This document shows, in pieces, positions 39,967 to 52,384 of a DNA stretch of 64,000 bases. The stretch is taken from the NCBI RefSeq assembly GCF_006345805.1, contig NC_043025.1, forward strand, positions 9,052,001-9,116,000, given 5' to 3'. The notes beneath the pieces were generated by a model. The model had not been told where the DNA came from. It saw nothing but the letters and a program-made list of their open reading frames with translations, and did not search any database. A program made the position numbers and the translations under genes. This DNA comes from Octopus sinensis (taxonomy: Eukaryota). Numbering within the stretch: the first letter of the stretch is position 1; every line of letters starts with the position of its first letter.

Positions 39967-40004
39967 CACAACACAACACACACACACACACACACAACAT
40001 ATAT

Positions 40005-40053
<49 letters not shown>

Positions 40054-40774
40054 CAGATAAGTATTTATGTGCGTATGTATTTATTTTTTGACTCACTGTA
40101 TATTCTGCGGTGAGCTAGAAGAGTCGTTGGCACGCCGGACAAATGGTTAGCGGTATTTCGTACGTCTTTACGTTTTGAGTTTAAATTCCACCGAGGCTGA
40201 CTCTGCATTTCGTCCTTTCGGGATCAATAAAATAAGTAATGGTTGTGTGTGCCCGTGTGTGTTGACTTAATCACTTTAACTACTCCTGGGTAAGAGTATA
40301 AAAAATTGTACCCCTCTGCCAAGCCAGTTAGAACCAGTTTGTCAGAGTAGGCTCATCAACCAAACTCAAATTCACGGCCTCCACATCAGACCTCAGTTGG
40401 TAGAAATTGAACGTGGGCTATCTAATATAATCGATATGTACATAATTTGTACGTATGTAAGTATATAATACGGACTTTTATATTGACCTGTAAATATGCT
40501 GAGACATGAACATGCAGTAGACCGTAGTAAGAGAATAAGAATAACTTGTATTTCATGAAATTCAGACAATCAACTCCATTTAGTGATAGGGGAAACTGTA
40601 ATCTCACTGAATGTGATATTGTGCTGGTCAATAAAAATACTATTCTATCCACCATTATCTTTAGTCGGAATACATCACTTTTATATTCCGTTATATTATC
40701 TCCGATTCTGACTGACAGTAAATAAAACGCCACATCATTATTGACTGGCTTTGTGTTTACACACACACACATAT

Positions 40775-40808
<34 letters not shown>

Positions 40809-40870
40809 TATATATACATATATGTATGGTTTTGTATGTAAATTATATTATATATATACGACTCTTGCAG

Positions 40871-40918
40871 ATGGAACGTGAGTTAACCACGACGGGACCC
40901 TTACAATTGAATATTTGG
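40871..40918 (+). CDS. aGPCR exon, SEA-like segment 2 (probable indel)
   Basis: ttgcag|...|gtaagc; MERELTTTGP.. enters in phase 0, but the 48-nt length is incompatible with the open frame of the next exon. Confidence 0.65.
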
Positions 40919-41405
40919 GTAAGCAAAATCTTTTATCACTTTTATTCAAATTTGTTTTTTTTGTTCCAGACATTCCAGTCCTGTTTTTATCGTACGTTTT
41001 AAATATCACAATAATAAAGAATGTTGTACTTGTGACACACAATATACAAATTCAAACTTTCAATTAAATTTTTAAGTGTTTTATCAGTATATTATTATAA
41101 AGGAGCAAACAAAAACATAAAATGCAGAGAGAACTGTATATATATAGCAACGCTATAACATTAAGCTAATCAAGTCCTGCGTTGCAAAACACCATCTTTC
41201 TCAAAGGTAAATATCTTTAAAACTATATATATATATATATATATATATACCAATTAAGGACTGAACACGAAAAGTGGACAGTCAACATGCTAGATATAGA
41301 CGTCAAATCGCAATTCTCCACAAAGATTATGTTCTCGAATAAAACTCAGCACAAAACCAAAGCAATAAATAAGACAAATGAAAATATACGAAATGAAATA
41401 ATTAC

Positions 41406-41468
41406 CCATGTACCGATCAGTTTCGGTTATTAATATCCGCAAGGATATCTGTAACTTCGTCAGCATGG
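41406..41468 (-). ncRNA. Compact type I hammerhead ribozyme
   Basis: Minus strand: ccatg-CTGACGA-agttac agatatcc ttgc ggatat taataacc-GAAA-ctgatcgg-TA-catgg; 5-bp stem I. Confidence 0.82.
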
Positions 41469-42169
41469 TCTGTTATGAACATAATTTGCTGGACTAGATG
41501 CAAAAAACGATACCGGAGTGTCGCATGCATAAAGTACAACCGATTAAGTTCGAATGTATCTTTCAAATGCCTTTACTTTGGCGCGCTGAGACCCGAAAAA
41601 CCAGCCTGCAGCTAATAATTAGCAGCAGTCAATTTATCGGTTAAAGAACATATATTTTATATAAAATTAATTAAGGTAGAAATTGATATTAGTCAATTAA
41701 AACCAGTGGTCTAGCATATTAAAAAGAATCCGAAGATTAAAATATTTATATATGCCATTAATTGGTATATATACCAATTAATTGGTATATATAAATATAT
41801 ATAAATGCGAGTGAAGATGTGTACGTTTTTATAGTGACGTATAAATACGCACGTGGGTCCACGAGCGCACATGTGAGCGTATGACTAGCCATGTTACGTG
41901 TTTACTATGAAATTTTAATCTTATTTTATATAAGTAGCAGAATTAAACAGCCTTACTAAAGTAAAGAAACTGTGGTCGACACGCATCAGTGTTGATACAT
42001 TGTTATCCATTATCAGTAAATGAAAGTTTTTCAGTCAATGGTCAGATTTATATAATGGTGCAATTTAGGTTCCTGTTATTAGGACAAAATTATTTTAAAA
42101 ACTAGTTAGATTGCTATAACCTAGGAAAATTCTGCTGACTGTTTAAACTAATTATATTTATTTATTCTA

Positions 42170-42205
<36 letters not shown>

Positions 42206-42255
42206 TCTATCTATTCCTTTATCTATCTATATACGTGTATTTATTCTTATTTCAG

Positions 42256-42412
42256 TTTAGACAGAAACCGGACGATATTTGCTATTTACTCCAAACCATA
42301 TAGCAAGACATCTAAAAAAAACTGTTGCACAATATCTCCCAAGTTTTAAGCACATCCCAAACTTTGCTTAACGTCGGAGTTCAGCAAAGTCACATAGAGT
42401 TGTTTGATGAAA
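42256..42412 (+). CDS. aGPCR exon, SEA-like segment 3 (frameshift in A8 run)
   Basis: tttcag| (alternative AG at 42260) ...|gtaagt; LDRNRTIFAIYSKPYSKTSKK / LLHNISQVLSTSQTLLNVGVQQSHIELFDE; phase-1 exit fits the next exon. Confidence 0.72.
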
Positions 42413-43189
42413 GTAAGTATTGTGTCTCTTATTTTTATCACCACTACCATCATAATTAGCTTTATCATCACCATTACCATCATCTTCGCCGTTGTCGTCA
42501 TCGTCATCATCAGTAGATGATGCCACAGGACACACACACACAATCATACAGACCTTTTTATTTACATTTTCTTTTTAATTATACCAATTACCTCGAGGGC
42601 AAAAATGTGTTCTACTTATGTATAGAAGTAGAAGGTGCAAGCTCCACTGGATTGAAAAATTCACACAAATCGTGCGCTTTCATTTACTCGAACAGGAAAA
42701 TTATTTAGTGCTGCAAAAATTTTCCTGAGCTCAAATTTATTTTGTGTTATGTGGTCACGTTCATTTTCGAACTAGGAACGATATATATACAATCACAACT
42801 GACACGTCCAACAAACATAGAAGAGAAATAAATCACATCCCATTGCCGAGCAGTGATATATTTTTTCTCACTCGGCTCCGTTTCCTTTCTTTTTACCACC
42901 ACCGAATCAATCTAAAGTTTATGTATGTCCAGCATAAAAGATATTATCATATACGATGGTCTTCTTTCATGTTCCCTCTACCAAATCCACTCACATAGAC
43001 CCGAGACCATGTGATAGGGAACCAAACTTCTTACCACACAGCTACGCCTGCGCCTATGTATGTGTGTGCATGTGAGTGTATTATATATACTTTATGTTTA
43101 TATATGTGTGTGTATATGTACGTATGTGCCTGTATTTGAACGTACGTACATATGAACGTGTGTATAGGTATACGCTATTTCCAATTTTG

Positions 43190-43474
43190 CTTCAGCGGAC
43201 AAGTAGTGACTTCCAGTTGACAGTTTTAACTGCTGCGATAATGGATAATCCAAGCCACTGGAAGATGATCGAGACTTTGGTCATGTCTACTACGAGGATC
43301 CTTGATGCTTGAGACACGATTGCTTTGCAATATCAACAGGAATTGAAACAGAATGATCATAGGTTTCAAAACAAGCGTTCATAAAGAAAAAAATCCGTCT
43401 GAAAATGAAATGTATTATAAGAACTGACTTCACAATCATTCAATGTGTGTATACATTCTTTGGAGACACTCTGT
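43190..43474 (-). mobile_element. Tc1/mariner 5' fragment
   Basis: tacagagtgtctcc terminus followed by degraded transposase-like sequence. Confidence 0.45.
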
Positions 43475-44356
43475 ATATGTGTGTGGGGGTATGTATGTGT
43501 GTGTATGTGTCTGTGCGTGCATAACCATACATACTTGTATACATATATCATCAAGATATTGTAAAGAAGAATCGACAATCATACATCTTCAAAATTTATT
43601 ACATTATTACTCTCTTTAAACGGCTGTTTTTCTATTTCCGTATTTCGAGCATTTCACAAGATACGCCTTCGATAAAACAGTTGCTCCCGCAAAGCAAAGT
43701 TAAATCAAATTTAGGATTTGGCGGAGGGTCAAAATTGGTAACAAAAACAGGACAGTGAAAACAAACAGGAAGTACTAAGCCTCAATGAGGTTGTGGTGGC
43801 GAACGCGTGAAAAAAAGCTTGGACAGGAGACAGACAAGAATACGTCTTCTTCTTCTTGGTCCAGTTACAACAGAGAGAAAGAAACACAACTTAAGAGAAG
43901 TAAGATGGCCGATGGTCACGTTGGGAGAGTGAGGGAGAGAGAGTGACAGGCAGCGAACTGTGAAGTGGAGAAGAAAAGAATTGGAGATAGGATAAATGAT
44001 TAAAATAGGAGAGGGGAGCAGGAGGTAGAAGAATAAGAGAAAGGAAGAGGGAAAAATGAAAGAGTAATAAGATAGAATAGTGGCAGAAGAGGAGGTAAAA
44101 GAATAAGAGAAAGGAATAGAGAAAAACGAAAAAGTAAAAGGATAGAATAGAGTGTGCATCAGAATTATTATGATAAAACTCACTTGGAAGAGATGCGTGG
44201 CGTTCAATTATAAAATAATATAAATATGTATATTATATATATATATACATACATACATACATACATGCATATATATACATGTACTTGTACTTCGTATTTT
44301 TTGTTGTTTACATTTTGTGACGTCCTGTGCCCATATATGCATATGTATATGTGTGT

Positions 44357-44391
<35 letters not shown>

Positions 44392-44399
<8 letters not shown>

Positions 44400-45103
44400 A
44401 TATTTCGGAATGGTCATATTGCCAGTTTAGCCAATAAAAACACACGCACTATATATTTGGTGTTATTTTGCTTCAGTGATATTTATTTTTTACATTAATC
44501 TTAATCTTATTTCGGCCAAAGTTCTTTCGTCACACTCCTGTGACCGCATCAGTGGTCCTTTGTTTTCTTCTCACTTACTTGTGTCTCTCCTTACTAACCG
44601 TCAGCCATTTTGTATTTCTATTGTATGTCTCATTTGCGCATGCTTATATCTCTATGTGCGTCTATGTTATTTAGTGTGTGTGTGAGGGGATGCCTGTAAT
44701 ATTTGTATCTTCTGGTTATATACATTCTTGTAATTTGTATTTTGTTACAAATTACAAATTACAAGAATGTATATAACCAGAAGATACAAATATTACAGGC
44801 ATCCCCCTCACACACACACTAAATAAACATAGACGCACATAGAGATATAAGCATGCGCAAATGAAGACATACAATAGAAATACAAAATGGCTGACGGTTA
44901 GTAAGGAGAGACACAAGTAAGTGAGAAGAAAACAAAGGACCACTGATGCGGTCACAGGAGTGTGACGAAAGAACTTTGGCCGAAATAAGATTAAGATTAA
45001 TGTAAAAAATAAATATCACTGAAGCAAAATAACACCAAATATATAGTGCGTGTGTTTTTATTGGCTAAACTGGCAATATGACCATTCCGAAATATAACAA
45101 TAT
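44392..45103. repeat. About 350-bp-arm foldback palindrome
   Basis: Arms are reverse complements apart from 1-nt homopolymer indels; centre near 44745. Confidence 0.95.
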
Positions 45104-45156
45104 CTGTTTCAACACACGACTTCACATAAAAAATCTTGCACAACAAATATTTAAAC

Positions 45157-45240
<84 letters not shown>

Positions 45241-45290
45241 GTATAATGTAAGTATGTACATATAAGTATGTATATATGCATATATATATA

Positions 45291-45385
45291 TACTAGGCTT
45301 ACAAAGAATAAATCCTGGAGTCTATTTGCTCGAATAAAATTGGTGCTGCAGCATGACCGCAGTCAGATGACTGAAACAAGTAAAA

Positions 45386-45433
<48 letters not shown>

Positions 45434-45547
45434 TTATATATATATATATACTTTTACTTGTTTCAGTCATCTGACTGCGGTCATGCTGCAGCACCAAATT
45501 TTATTCGAGCAAATAGACTCCAGGATTTATTCTTTGTAAGCCTAGTA
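45291..45547. repeat. Inverted duplication of a SINE 3' end around (TA)n
   Basis: 45291-45386 is the reverse complement of 45451-45547. Confidence 0.95.
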
Positions 45548-45838
45548 CTTATTCTATCGATTTCTTTTACCGAGCCTCTAAGTTAAGGTGATGTAAACAC
45601 ACCAGCATCGATCGTAAAGCAATGGTAGTGGACAAACACAGGCACACAAACATATATGTTTGTGAGTGTGTGTGTATACGACGGGTTTCTTTCAGTTTCC
45701 GCCTACTAATTACACTCACAAGGCTTTGGGGGGCCCGAGGATATATTAGAAGACACTTGCCCGAGCGAGGTGCCACGCTGTCCGACTGAACCTGGAACCA
45801 TGTTGTTGGGAAGCAAGCTTCTTACCACACAGATAAGC

Positions 45839-45840
<2 letters not shown>
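45451..45840 (-). mobile_element. tRNA-derived SINE family 1 (CORE-like); other copies near 12950-13190, 15365-15770, 22270-22630, 39710-39900
   Basis: gtgtggtaagaagcttgc head, ggttcagt B-box, shared tail cagcatg(a/g)ccgcagtca..tgactgaaacaagtaaaag. Confidence 0.8.
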
Positions 45841-45911
<71 letters not shown>

Positions 45912-46078
45912 CTTCCCCGAGGAGACTAACAATTCCAACATGTTCTAACATATTTTGAAGATTTTTTCGTAGCGTATGAGTATATCGCTCTCCGTATATG
46001 TTTGCAACACTTCATGGCACATTGTCCTCAAATCAGCCAGCACATCCAAACTATTTACAACAGCAACTACTACTGCTG

Positions 46079-46141
<63 letters not shown>

Positions 46142-46164
46142 TTACTACTACTGCTACTACTACT

Positions 46165-46424
46165 ACTACTACTAATAATAATAATAATACTACTACTAAT
46201 AATAATAATAATCACCATCACCCGCACCACCACTATCACCAGCACTAACAACATCACCAGCACCACAATCACCACCATCACTACTACTACTACTACTAAT
46301 AATAATAATAATAATAATAATACTACTAATAATAATAATAATCACCATCACCCGCACCACCACTATCACCAGCACTAACAACATCACCAGCACCACAATC
46401 ACCACCATCACTACTACTACTAAC

Positions 46425-46472
<48 letters not shown>

Positions 46473-46565
46473 CACCATCACCCGCACCACCACTATCACC
46501 AGCACTAACAACATCACCAGCACCACAATCACCACCATCACTACTACTACTACTACTACTACTAC
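46165..46565. repeat. Minisatellite, about 130 bp x3
   Basis: Unit tcaccatcacccgcaccaccactatcaccagc.. recurs at about 46212, 46342 and 46473. Confidence 0.93.
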
Positions 46566-46597
46566 TTGTCCCATATCCATGTTTTGTTTCTTTTCAG

Positions 46598-46712
46598 TGG
46601 TTTGTGATGAAAGCACAACGTCAAATAACAATCAAACCTTCTCTTGGCCAATGACAAAAATAGGAACTACTGCAGTGATCCCATGTCATGCATATGTAGC
46701 AACAAGATACTG
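46598..46712 (+). CDS. aGPCR HRM exon 1
   Basis: ttttcag|...|gttcgt, phase 1/2; MVCDESTTSNNNQTFSWPMTKIGTTAVIPCHAYVATRYC (C..WPxT..G....PC...ATRxC). Confidence 0.92.
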
Positions 46713-47307
46713 GTTCGTTTGTATTAATTTATTTCAACCCAAATTTTGAAGTTTTCAGCGCCATCCTATTGCGAGAGAATGTTACTTGATAGAGTAAATA
46801 ACAGCTTTATAGATTAACACGATTGAATTAAACGTCCATCGGTTGCAATCTCTTGTCACAACCTTTTTTTACATTTTATACAGTATGTGATATAATTTAG
46901 CCTTGTCACTATCTAGTTTTCTTTGTTGCCTATATTATACAATCTTTCATTCATTCCTATTTTATGTTCTGAGTTCAAATTCTGCTAAGGTCGACTTTGC
47001 CTTTAATTTTTTCGGGTCGATGAAATAAATACCAATTGAGCACTGGGGTTGGTGTAAACGACTTATCTCTTGCCCTGAATTTGCTGGCCTTGTGCCAAAA
47101 TTTGAAGCCAATATTAGATAAAGCTTTATGGTGGCGAGCTGGCAGAATCGTTAACGCGCCGGACAAAATACTTAGCGACATTTCTTCCGACTTTACGTTC
47201 TCAGTTCAAATGCTACCGGAGTCGATTTTGCCTTTCATTCTTTTGGGATCGATAAAATAAGATGAAACTGAAATTCTTCTGACAAAATTTCACATTTATT
47301 TTTTCAG

Positions 47308-47465
47308 TTCTCCCAGAGACTCTGAAATGGCATCAAGTCAATATATGACGACAGCAAAGTGTTCACCGTTTACTGGTATCTGGAAAGAACTAAACATGTC
47401 TCAATGTAACAATACAGATTGGATCACTCGACGACTGAAGGACATCGCAATAAGTATCGATACAG
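47308..47465 (+). CDS. aGPCR HRM exon 2
   Basis: phase 2/1; SPRDSEMASSQYMTTAKCSPFTGIWKELNMSQCNNTDWITRRLKDIAISIDT; donor gtgagc. Confidence 0.9.
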
Positions 47466-48032
47466 GTGAGCGAGCAATAGTTTCGAAGGACATTTACAAT
47501 AGCAGAAGTAGTAGAAGAGGTATCTGTGTGTATGCCTTTGTATATCTGTTCCATTATGATCACCATGTGTGTGTGTGTGTTCATTCGTAATTAAAATTAT
47601 CTACCAAAATGTAATGCGCCGTATTCTCCCTTTCGAGTTCTCCAGCAATGTATTCATCTCGTCCAACAGCAAACCATTTCACTCACTTACGGAATGTTAT
47701 GAAAGAATTTATTACTTAGGCGGGTTGAGTTTATTATCATATCATTAAAACTACTTTTTCGATAATCTTCTTGAGAGAGGCTGAGTAGATAGAGAAGCAG
47801 AAAACAACAGGGATATTACTGGTACATACCCTTTCGAATGCATTACGTTATACAATATTTAAATCTTCAATGACGCACCCTACATACCTATTTGTCATAG
47901 AATATAAGCAATTTACTTCTCTCAAATGTTATTATGGCACTGTAAAATTGAATAGATTTTCATGTGCATTTAGTGATGTAATGTTTTCAATTTCTCATTA
48001 GACCTTCGTGAAAATTTATCAATTTTTAAATA

Positions 48033-48310
48033 AGGCGGCGAGCTGTAGAAACGTTAGCACGCCGGGCGAAATGCTTTGTGGTATTTCGTCCGCCGCTACG
48101 TTCTGAGTTCAAATTCCGCCGAGGTCGACTTTGCCTTTCATCCTTTCGGGGTTGATTAATAAGAACCATTTACGCACTGGAGTCGATATAATCGACTTAG
48201 TACCTTGTCTGTCCTTGTTTGTTCCTTCTGTGTTTAGCCCCTTGTGGGTAGTAAGAAAGAGTATTTCGTCTGCTGCTACGCTCTGAGATCAAATTCCGCC
48301 GAAGTCGAAT
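48033..48310 (+). mobile_element. tRNA-derived SINE family 2 (Deu/Nin-like domain); other copies near 30205-30513(-), 40106-40270, 46966-47260, 54870-55290, 62371-62570
   Basis: ggcggcgagctg head, gagttcaaattcc B-box, gactttgcctttcatcctttcggggt core. Confidence 0.8.
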
Positions 48311-48322
48311 TTCATTGGTTGC

Positions 48323-49157
48323 CATTAGGGTGGAGCAAAAAAAACTTTTTACACAGATTTTCGGAATATGTTTTGCAGATTATATTCTTTTATTGCGAAA
48401 TCCTTTAAAAACCATTGTGTTAAAATCTAAAGTTCTAAAGTTTACATCTTCAAGCTCCGCCGCTCACTAGAAATGTTTAATAATGAGCAAAAAATCAGTT
48501 TATAACACATTTGCCATTCTTCATTTTATTTTTCCCCTTTGATGTTACGAATTGATTTTCTTTTGTGAAATTGTTTGAAAAACAAGTCTGTTAAAATTTC
48601 AAGCTATGATTTTTATATCTTTTGGCTCCGCAACACGCTTAATAAAATTTCAATATCATGATGCGTCATTGATTTATGAGGCATCACTAAATATAAACAA
48701 CACTAAATTAATAACAGATTATTGATTTTAATGCAATGGCCTAAAGTCAAGGCACAAAGCAGACAACTTCACACACGTACGACCTACGTCCACACGCAAC
48801 GACCTTTGCAGTGGTACTGGAGTGAAGTTCACACACCCCGTCTCTTTATATTCAATTCGGAACCTCAAGATATCAGTCAATTTTATTGAAACTTGGTATG
48901 CAAATTATTAAGGATACTATATTTACTGTTTTGCATTGCACATGTAGAAGTATGTGTTCGTTACAACTTATAATCCATGAAATCCAAAATTCGACCAAAA
49001 ATACAATTTTCAAAACTTTCAATGACGTTGCGGAGCCTAAAAAACATATTTAAACCGCACAGATCGTGATACGCCTTTCTGTTAACCCTAATTCGCAACG
49101 AAATATCGGTTCTTGGTTACCAATTTCGAAAGTTGCATTATTCGCTTCACCCTAATG
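48323..49157. mobile_element. Non-autonomous DNA transposon (unclassified)
   Basis: TIRs cattagggtggagc / gcttcaccctaatg; no ORF. Confidence 0.7.
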
Positions 49158-49449
49158 TACGTACAGCCCTCACTACCACCACCATCAAGTATCTGTGTTA
49201 CTCAACAATTGTTCCATAACTCCCCCCACTATTCCAGTTAATGTTACAAAGAAGGAGAGACTAACGATGTATAACATTGAGTATACAACTGATAAACTGA
49301 ACGCATTCAGCAATCTTTGTGCTATTTAGAGTCGGAGTTGTTAGTTAAATTCTGGTGATTCATTAATTGTTAAATAACACTTAATTTTCATCTAATATTT
49401 CAACTCAAGGCGACTGTAATTTATTTAAATTTCATGTTAAATTTTCCAG

Positions 49450-49669
49450 CAAACTTCGACAATATTTCGAAAGAGATGTTAAATATATCAAACAAATCAA
49501 TATATTTCAAAGAAGTTGATGCTGAATTGGTTGTAGGCATTCATGAGAAAATGGTGTCATTGATACCGAAAGTGTCTGCGAATAATACACTTCGGTCTAT
49601 AAACAATTTGATAAACATACCAGAGGAGGTTTTGGCTGGAGCTGAACAAGAGAAGAGAAGTGCCAACAG
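49450..49669 (+). CDS. aGPCR GAIN subdomain A exon
   Basis: phase 1/2; ANFDNISKEMLNIS...SINNLINIPEEVLAGAEQEKRSANR. Confidence 0.92.
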
Positions 49670-49694
49670 GTAATATTCAAATCACTTTTGATGA

Positions 49695-49739
<45 letters not shown>

Positions 49740-50095
49740 CAGGCAGCAGCAGAAGTAGAAGAGGAAGAAGAAGAATAGGAAGAATAAGAAAATGAAGAAG
49801 ATGATGAAAAAGAAGAAGAAAAGAAGAAGAAGAAGAAGAAGAAGAAGAAGAAGAAGAAGAAGAAGAAGAAGAAGAAGAAGAAGAAGAAATAGTAATAGCT
49901 GCAGCGACCTTATTTGCAGGGCATAAATAATAAAAGTTGTTGCATCAACGCTAACAACAAACAACAGAAGAAATAGAAGCAAGAGTAGCATGCAAAAATT
50001 TGTTAAGCGAAATAATTAGTGTAATTACACCTAAAGCTAATTACGTATTCGAAACACATTGTTAATGGAAAGTCGTTTTCTTGATTTCCTCACAG

Positions 50096-50267
50096 ATTGC
50101 TGGATCTTATACAAGAAATCCCAGAAAAGATTCCACTGGAGGAGCAGCAAGTCACAGCTATCTATTCTAATCTTGGTATTGGTGTTGCCAAAGTGAAAAA
50201 TGATACATTCGATGGTCTTTTCTATGGCGTTTCCTATGGAACCAATGGAACAGATGCAAACGCATGG
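50096..50267 (+). CDS. aGPCR GAIN exon
   Basis: phase 2/0; LLDLIQEIPEKIPLEEQQVTAIYSNLGIGVAKVKNDTFDGLFYGVSYGTNGTDANAW. Confidence 0.9.
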
Positions 50268-50452
50268 GTACTAAACATTCTCATGATTACTCTCTTGTTA
50301 ACCGTTTGTTCTAAACACCCAAGTTGATAAAATACATTAGAATGGAATATAATTAATTTTATTGTCATATAAAGTAGATTTTGTACTTATTTTATTTGAT
50401 GCGACTTACAATTCTATCTAACTATATATCTATCTATATACCTATCTTTGTA

Positions 50453-50659
50453 TACGAGGAGATGGCTTTAAGGGAATCGTGAAAGGCTGGTTGGAAGGCC
50501 AACCTTCCTCGTTCTTTTACAAGACTTAAAACAACTAGAACCTCTGCAATGAGTCTGAGAGGGAAATATGTTGATTAAAATCATAATTAACTGATCCTCC
50601 TATATTTTCGTTTGCCCAAGGCAAGAAATTTTTCAACTTTTCAGCCCCCGCCCTCGGTA
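50453..50659 (+). mobile_element. Mariner-derived MITE remnant
   Basis: tacgagg..ccctcggta ends; GKYVD* transposase C-terminal relic. Confidence 0.5.
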
Positions 50660-50664
50660 TGTAA

Positions 50665-50695
<31 letters not shown>

Positions 50696-51307
50696 TGTAT
50701 GTATGTATGTATGTATGTATGTATGTATCAATCAGATTAAATAGATCATCCATAACCCTAGCATAATAATTAGAACTTACATTCGTGCAAGTGGCCGCAT
50801 TATTTTTCTGATCAATTGCTTCATCAGAAAAATATAACAAGTTTGTGCATGTTTCAGCTGTATACATCATCATGTGTAATTGTGTAGCTAAGGGAGTATA
50901 CGTGTGTATTTGGTTGTATCTATGTGTGCTTGGTACAAAACGTTTCAGGAATAATTAGTGGAAAATTAAGTTATTGGTTGAAAACAATGAGATAATGAGA
51001 GTTTTGTACAATATGCTTCTGTCTTCATATCACTGCGATCCCAAGACAAGAAAGCGATCGAGGCAGAATGTAGAAAATTATTGAATAGACCAATAATTAG
51101 TTGACCGACGTAGAAACCCCAATGGTTGCTTGTGTATGAGATAATGGCAGTGTATGATACTGGTAGTTTTAGATATTATGTTACTTGCAATGTTGTAGTC
51201 GTGTAGTGGTTGTGGAAGAAGAGGTTACAATAATAGTAGCAGTAGCAACTGTAGTAGTGTTATTTATTCTTTATTGATTTCAATTTACCTGTCTTTTTCT
51301 CCACCAG

Positions 51308-51466
51308 ATAAATCCCTCACCAAATTCCGACCAACAAGAAGCAGATGCGAAGATCATGGCATCTATATCATTACCAAGGAGTTTATTAAAACGTCTGAAA
51401 GACGAAGAAAGGTCATCCGTTTCACGGATAACTTTTTTCTCCATGCGGGACGATAAGCTATATAGG
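51308..51466 (+). CDS. aGPCR GAIN exon
   Basis: phase 0/0; INPSPNSDQQEADAKIMASISLPRSLLKRLKDEERSSVSRITFFSMRDDKLYR (ASIxLP and RIxF motifs). Confidence 0.92.
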
Positions 51467-52055
51467 GTATGGAACAAAAATGGAAAAATTTCTTGTTGAC
51501 CAGAATATGTTTGAATTCATTGATACATTTTGAAACAATACTAATACAATACAACTCCCAATGTTTGCGTGTATGTACACATCTATATATAGGAGTATGT
51601 ATGTGAACAATTTATACGCATATAGAAACTCAGGAGGGTATTTGTTTTGAGTTTTATTTCGGACAGACTACTCTTAAGGAAGTTGGTATATTAAAAACAC
51701 AGAAATAACATCCACGAATCATCAGAAACCGATGTTTCAGCTTGATTGGAGCGCTACAGAATGACCAATACACCGGACATTCTGAGTTAATTTAGAGTCT
51801 CTGTTCAAATATAAAAATCAAAATGTTAAACATTTGTTGATTTCTGTTGCTCAGATATAATGAAATCACTGTTTGCTCTTGAAATAACATTAGATTAAAG
51901 TAACGACGCGAAGAGCATTTATAATTGAAATACAAATATAAAGCATAAAGTATACTAGCTATCTCTATATGGCTAACCACTAAGGGTGGGTGTTACTGTA
52001 GCTTTTAGCCCCAGGAGATCATCGTCTCCAGCTGGCTTTAGGCACACTTTCTGTG

Positions 52056-52384
52056 CCCTTATGGTATTTGCAAAGGGAGGTCATCCCTCTCTCGTCAACC
52101 TAAGTGATATGCACGGACTGCAGTTTCTAGGTATTTGCCTGTCTTCGGCATACGGCAATCACCGGTTTTCGATGAAGGGAGACCGTTTGTAAATATTTAT
52201 TTATTGTTTTTCCAGTAACTTCCGTCACTGATTTCGAAAATAAGTATTTGCAAACGGACTCCCTTCATCGAAAATCGGTGATTGCCGTACGCCGAAGACA
52301 GGCAAATACCTAGAAACTGCAGTCCGTGCGTATCACTTAGGTTGACGAGAAAGGGATGACCTCCCTTTGCAAATACCATAAGGG
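52056..52384. repeat. 140-bp-arm inverted repeat
   Basis: 52056-52195 versus 52245-52384, few substitutions, about 50-nt spacer. Confidence 0.93.

Noticed and set aside
40422-40772. Minus-strand 116-aa ORF as a nested gene
   Set aside because: No motif and no convincing donor site
40970-41206. Exon-like block with good AG and GT sites
   Set aside because: Stop codons in all three frames; only 51 nt from the previous donor
46165-46565. Repeat-spacer appearance (CRISPR-like)
   Set aside because: Eukaryotic intron; the spacers are simple triplets and no cas genes are present
48033-48125. tRNA-like A/B boxes
   Set aside because: SINE head that continues into a SINE body; no cloverleaf
50790-50880. 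CTGATGA/GAAA combinations on the minus strand (also near 32215-32240 and 51715-51745)
   Set aside because: Stems I-III cannot be formed
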